Positions 58,301 through 64,000 of a stretch of 64,000 nucleotides of DNA are shown in pieces. The stretch is taken from positions 1 to 64,000 of the forward strand of contig MCFE01000432.1 of NCBI GenBank assembly GCA_002104905.1, in the 5' to 3' direction. Source of the DNA: Basidiobolus meristosporus CBS 931.73. Its lineage: Eukaryota > Fungi > Basidiobolomycota. Below the pieces are notes generated by a model. It was not told the DNA's origin, ran no database searches, and worked only from the letters and a program-made list of their open reading frames with translations. Both the position numbers and the translations under genes were made by a program. Within the stretch, counting starts at the first letter, position 1. Every line of letters begins with the position of its first letter.

Positions 58301-60536
58301 TGAAATTATACCTCTTCGAAGGGTCTCCGCTTCTCAACGTATTTTATAAGCTTATGGGCGCAAATATCGATATGACAGCCTACATTGGGTCGCGGTATAT
58401 AAGCTGTTTCGACCTCCTCACAATTGACGCCAACGCATCCATAGGCTTGAATTCATATCTCAATGGCTACAAGGTTGAAAGTGGATGGCTAATAGTAGGC
58501 TCTGGTATTCATGTACATTCTGGCGCACGAGTCGGCAACAAGGCAACACTAGGCCTGAGCTGCGAAATTCACAATGGGGCCAACCTGGACGATTTGTCGG
58601 TGCTTCAAGATGAGCAGGTGATATTAGAAAACGAGCGTTGGGCTGGATCTCCAGCAAAGTTGGTGGAAATTCCAGCCGAGAGAGATGAAGAAATTTCCGC
58701 CTCTTGTGGCACAATATGGCTGTTTTGCACACTACACCTCATAATTGCCACGCTGGTCAACGCGATCTTTGGATTGCTGGCTTCACTTACGGGTATGTAT
58801 TTCTGAAGAGTGGGTTTAGGCTCAGGCAACTCAATATCTCCTTAGGAATCATTGTTCTGGGAGTGATCCCTATTTTGCTGCCCACAACCAATCCATATAT
58901 CACGGTCATGGTCGCTAGTCCGGTTGTGGCTATCACAGCAATGCTTTTGTTCTGTCTAGGGATAGCTTTGCTTAAGTTAATAGTGCTTCCCAAGATCACG
59001 CCCGGAAAATATGGACTCCGAAGTATTTTCTACTTGCGTAAATGGTATACACACATATATAGCTATGACCCCGGATACACATATATATAGCTGTGGCCAC
59101 GGATCTAGCGCAGAGTTGGGTGCCATACTGACATCTTGATTCTAGGTGCTTAGACCTCTTGATGCATATCTCTCTTGAAATGGTGAACTCAGTCTACGGA
59201 ACGCTATACGCACCACACTGGCTTCGTACTCTTGGTGCAAAAATTGGCAAAACTTCGGAGGTCTCCACCGTCGCCTACATATCTCCCAATTTATTAAGGA
59301 TAGGAAATGGCTGTTTCTTGGCCGATTCTGTCGTGGTTGGACCCCCGCATATCCATCACGGAAAAATCTCGCTTGATTATGCTACGATAGAGGAGCGGTC
59401 CTTCATTGGGAATGGTGCGCTCTTCCCTGCTGGTGTAAAGATGGGTAGGGATCAGAAACTCTTGTCCAGTGGCAGTGTATTGAGCTAACAAGTCACAATA
59501 CAGGAAAGGATAGCCTTCTAGGTGTACTATCGACACCAGATTATGATGTGAGAGCATTGGCCGATAATACCTCATGGCTTGGTTCCCCGGCGATTTTCCT
59601 TCCTAATAGGCAAAAGGCTACTACAAATTGGCCCAAGGAACGTACCTACGCTCCTACCAAATGGTTGTATCTAGCTCGTTATCTAGTGGAATTCTGGCGA
59701 GTATTCTTACCAAATATGGTGAACATTACTTCATACGTCCTTGTGGCAGTGATATTGGAAATCCTCTATGAAGGGACCTCCGATCGCAATATTCTTCAAG
59801 TTGAAGATGTCTTCAATTTGACCAATGGAATATTTACAAATCTGTCACGCGGTGCACTGATTGGCTCATTTCTATTTGTATACCTGGCCGTGTTTTGGGT
59901 GGTGGCATTAGGCGCATGCTGCTTTGTTCTGATCATGAAGTGGCTTCTGGTAGGGACGTATAGGAAGCGTGAAGCGCCCCTTTGGAGCTCTTTCGTGTGG
60001 AGGCAAGTTAATGTTTTGACTCCTTGGTTGGCAGGTCTACTAACCATGTGCTAGGACTGAGCTAAGTACAGCACTGCAGGAAGGGATCGCCGACAAACAG
60101 TTAATACAAAACCTGTGTGGCACCCCTTTAGTATGCGCGTGGTTCCGATTGCTAGGAAGCAAAATCGGAAAACGTGTGTGGATGGATACATTGCAAATCA
60201 CCGAGGCCGATTTAATCCACATAGAAGATGATGTCAGCATTGGTGCTGACACTATTCTCCAGGTAGATTTTGCTGATTGTTTTCCCACCACAATCCCACC
60301 TGATACACCACACTAACCCTCCTCACATGTAGACACATCTCTTCGAGGATCGTATCATGAAAATGGACGCATTGTTCATTGGCTGTTGTTCCAATATTGA
60401 TGCGATGTCAGTGATTCTATACAGCGCCACCTTAGAGGAGAACGTCTCCATTGGCTCGCTCTCATTGGTAATGAAGGGTGAGACTTTGCCGGCACACTCA
60501 AGGTGGAATGGGATCCCATTGAGGCATGAGAAGTAA
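55363..60536 (+). CDS. Membrane-bound single-module NRPS of the epsilon-poly-L-lysine synthetase (Pls)/PosA family (9 exons, ~1556 aa)
   Basis: A domain (YTSGTTGRPKG, FDASIEE, GGE, NSYGPTE, YKTGDL, GRIDTQVKLRGYRIELSE, LPSGKIDR), T domain (FFDLGGHSL), then three repeated TM + LbH/acetyltransferase-like units, ending THLFEDRIMK…LVMKGE.LP…W.GIP; all exon joins stay in frame. Confidence 0.93.
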
Positions 60537-60599
60537 ATCCTCAATTTTACTTCAATATCATTATTGCATTGTAACCACTCTTATTTATAAATAAACTCA

Positions 60600-63500
60600 A
60601 CTATATTTACCAGGTAACATCCTGAAGTGCTATTGCCATTGGCAAGAAGTTGCAGTGCCAGTTGAGAAACACCAGAAGGCATGGTAGTCAGCTTACCAGA
60701 TTATGACTTTTTATAATTATGGTAGTGGCAGTTGCGCACCAATTATCAGAAGTCGCGACAGATTGTAATAAAGTAATGCATTGGCTATACATCTCAGGAA
60801 GTTACAATTCCATCTAACCCGTCATCGCTAAATATATAATTATTGAGCCATAATAATATCTCATCATATTGGTGAAGCTTGGAGGATGGGCGGTGACAAT
60901 CACCAACAGGCATAAACATTTTGACAATAACTCCATGTAATGAAGCCTGGTACTATATGGGTAGCATTTTTACAAGTGGATCAAATGGTTCAAGAGGAGT
61001 CAAACACAGTTGAGTGGTACTGGAGGGATAACTAAAGGAAGTAGTGCCATATTAACTATTGCAACAAAGTTGGACAAGCATGAGTTAGAAGAAAGTAAGA
61101 ATGGGTTGAGGGAAAAGTCACCAGTATGGTGAGATATCAATTGGGGGTGTGTGACAGTCACCAACAGGTGAGATCTTGATTTCAATAGCTCAATATATAG
61201 GAGCCATATGCTACATGGGTTGCTCTTTTACAAATGAATGAGGCAAAAGGATATTCTGTGAAAGCTTGTAAGAAATGTCACTAAGTTCAGGAGGAGTTAA
61301 AATAGAATTAAGAGGTACTGGAGGGTTAGCTCAAGGGAGTAGTCTTGATAAAGATTGGTATTTGCACATAAATATTCACCTACCTTAGTCACTTAGATTA
61401 TTATTCACAAATCTTAGAGAATTCTGACCAAATTACTTGTTGCAATTTACTTAAAATATTTTCACCAAACCATCTTTGGGTAAGGGGGGGGGAGGCAGCC
61501 ACCAACAGGTGAAATCTTTATTTCAGTTGAAACAACAAGGCTAGCACTACTGTTGTTGCTTTGATACAAGAGTGTGTAGCTGAGGGGAATTGCTAGGTAA
61601 GTTAATAAGTAGAAATGATAGCTCTTCAGTGCTCAAGACACTGTTCAGTGGGAATGGGTTAGGGTTAGGGTTAGATAAGTGTAATATGACTCTTGAATGG
61701 TTTAACTGAACCCAAGTGACAACCAAATGCAGAATCTTAGAATTGTCAGAGAGTGGTGGAAATATTAGCAGAGAGGTTCTGGTCTAATATTGGTCTTGTA
61801 TATTACTTATATTTTTCTGATCAAGTTGATTTACTTTGCACCAAGAGACTGGAATAACTGAAATCAGTTTAACCCTAAATTGCATCATCAATCAGCTACT
61901 GTTGTGGCAACTGCTAAGTGGTTGGAAAGATCTCAGATGACAAATCACTTGGAAAGGCTTAACAAATCAGTTGAGGATGTAATGAATACATGAAATTGAT
62001 CAGGTGTGACAGCTAAGAATAGATTCTGAGATGTGATAAAATAATCCATTACAGGGATCTATAATGTTTGGGTTAGGGAAAATTGGTTAGGGTACTAGCT
62101 TTTATAATGGAGTAAAATTGGCCAAGTTTTGAATGTTGATGCACAACAGTCAGTACTATAGGGTACCTGAAGCATTGCAGAGGCACTGATGCACTGACCA
62201 TTGGCCTCCTTTGTACTCAGCCATGCACTCTGAAAGTATCCTCTATCTCATACACTAGCCCAGGTCAAGTATATCATTAACTAAGAGTAACAAATTAAAC
62301 AGTGGCAGTGTAAAGCTGGTGTGCAACAGCCAAACTGGTAATATGGTAATACCTGCATGCACTTAATGTATTTTTGACACAGCTGTATGCATTACTCTCT
62401 GATCAGAGGGAACTAAGCACAGCTACAGTAAAGGAAGCACTACTTTGCTGTTGTTATTCACTGATAGGCAGCTATCATCACCTTATTATGCTTGCATTGC
62501 TGATGTTACTTGTTACTTTTCAGGTATTTAGGAAGATCTTCTGGGCTGTAAGTGTATACATATGGAGGTCATCAGGGTACTGTTGACCAGCATAAGCACT
62601 TACTGTAAGCCCATTTGGTGCTGCTTTTGAACTCCAGTACAGCAATTTGTTCACAATGAAAAACAGCTGCCAGAGAGCTTAGTTGGATAATGTATACTAT
62701 TGCTGATGATTTTGCATCCTTCTCATCTTACTTATTGTGTTCATGCTCTGAGAAAAAGAACAAGAAAGGACCATCTCAATACCATAACATATCAGTTGAG
62801 TTCCAAGTCTCACTAAACTTACAGCTGTCATCATGTAAGGTACTAGCTATTTTGCAGACATACTTTTCAGGTGGAGACAAGACCAACTAGAATTAATACC
62901 AAATCTGACCATCAACTACTCTCTACTTGCCCCTAAAATTGCAGCCAGAAATCTAAAGGAAAAACACCAGCAGAATACCAGCTGATTATCAGATGAGTTC
63001 CAGGTCTAAGATGTCTCATAGCAAGGTAACATCTATGCTTTCTGTAAACCTAGGTTATAATTTACAAATCTTTGAGAGCTCTAGCCATTGACCTTGTATA
63101 AAGTCACTCAGCACAAGTATCAGATACATAAGACATGAAATATCTGAGAGTTGTCATAACAGCCCCAAACTTTGCACACATGTTCTTGAAACCATCATAA
63201 TTGTATTCTTCATGTTTGCATTGCCAAGACCATGTTGAAGTATAGATAATACCCTTGTATTTGATGAACAATTAGAAGCAGACCACAAATACTGCTTGTT
63301 CTCCCATTCACTTCCAGTATCTCTGAGACTCTTGAAACAATATACTCTATAATCTGCATACCCACTCTGATATTCATCTAATTTGCTTATGTCCAGCTAT
63401 TTGTGACATCACAAGAGTCTAAATACTTCTTCAGTCTACAAGCAGTTGCTTTTACTTTGCAAGTTGTATCACTTCACCTTGGACATCTCAGGTTTGTTGC

Positions 63501-64000
63501 TTAGTTTAATACCTAGACTTTTGAATAGTATTGGTATTGCCATTTTTGCCTTGCCTGGAGTAGAACAAGTCATCCCATTAGCCATATAGATGCTGTCATT
63601 CAAGGCTGCACAACTGAGTACTGGAGGAGTGAGCAATGTAAGCTACCAATGGTTCACTTTGTGTTCCTCAGGTGCCCAAACCAACTGAGCAGTGTTAAGT
63701 GCTATGATAGCAGCACTGAGCACAGTTGTCTGGTTAATAGAGCTTCTCCACTCTATGGATTGACAAGTGCTCATCATTGTCAGGATTATAGTCATGATCC
63801 TAGTCAAAGCACATCAGTTATTCAATCAGGCCATCAGTCTATAATTCAAAGCTGGAACTTTCAAGTTTATTAAGTCTCTAAAGTGTTGCAACAGCTGTGG
63901 GCTAAGTATTGGCATTGTAAGTGCAGTGGCAAGTTGAGATGATAGACCCAGATCGAGGATGCAATCACTGCAACGGTAGGAAGAAAACTGAAAGCTATGT
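60600..64000. mobile_element. CpG-depleted decayed repeat island with copia LTR relics in the opposite orientation (~61370-61470, ~62990-63340)
   Basis: Reverse-complement matches to the LTR core (agccccaaactttgcacacatgttcttg; aatattcacc…ttagtcacttag); almost no CG; no credible ORFs. Confidence 0.7.
61656..61674 (+). repeat. Short interstitial telomere-like (GGGTTA)3 tract
   Basis: GGGTTAGGGTTAGGGTTAG. Confidence 0.5.

Noticed and set aside
62690-62890. Copia integrase-like IADDF fragment
   Set aside because: Too degenerate; no HHCC or further D/E motifs recognisable.

Overview
Eukaryotic, intron-rich genomic DNA (introns ~50-180 nt, GT-AG), most consistent with an early-diverging fungus; a Basidiobolus/Zoopagomycota- or Mucoromycota-like source is an inference from gene content. 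Gene-dense blocks alternate with three CpG-poor islands of one Ty1/copia family (~349-bp LTR; 1-3.6 kb, 28.8-30.3 kb, 60.6-64 kb). Genes: RPB2, a ~21-repeat PPR protein, a cytochrome-b5-like MAPR/Dap1 protein, peroxiredoxin Q/Dot5, tRNA-Pro(CGG), a frameshifted secreted Gly/Asn-repeat protein, Rab18, three Aa_trans amino-acid transporters, a Crz1-like C2H2 factor, a non-Bat1-type BCAT, an internally duplicated tropomyosin, NELF-B/COBRA1, H2A(SQEL), Hnt1, tRNA-Arg(TCG), an F-box protein, an SLC18-like MFS transporter, a bacterial-like nucleobase deaminase and an ENA-type P-ATPase. The top candidate system is an intact 9-exon (~1556 aa) membrane-bound NRPS of the epsilon-poly-L-lysine synthetase (Pls) family with an extra N-terminal condensation-domain remnant. 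Other strong oddities: a tropomyosin with an optional 111-aa cassette (272 vs exactly 161 aa) and a fungal NELF-B. All calls were made by manual reading and motif recall; no database searches were run.
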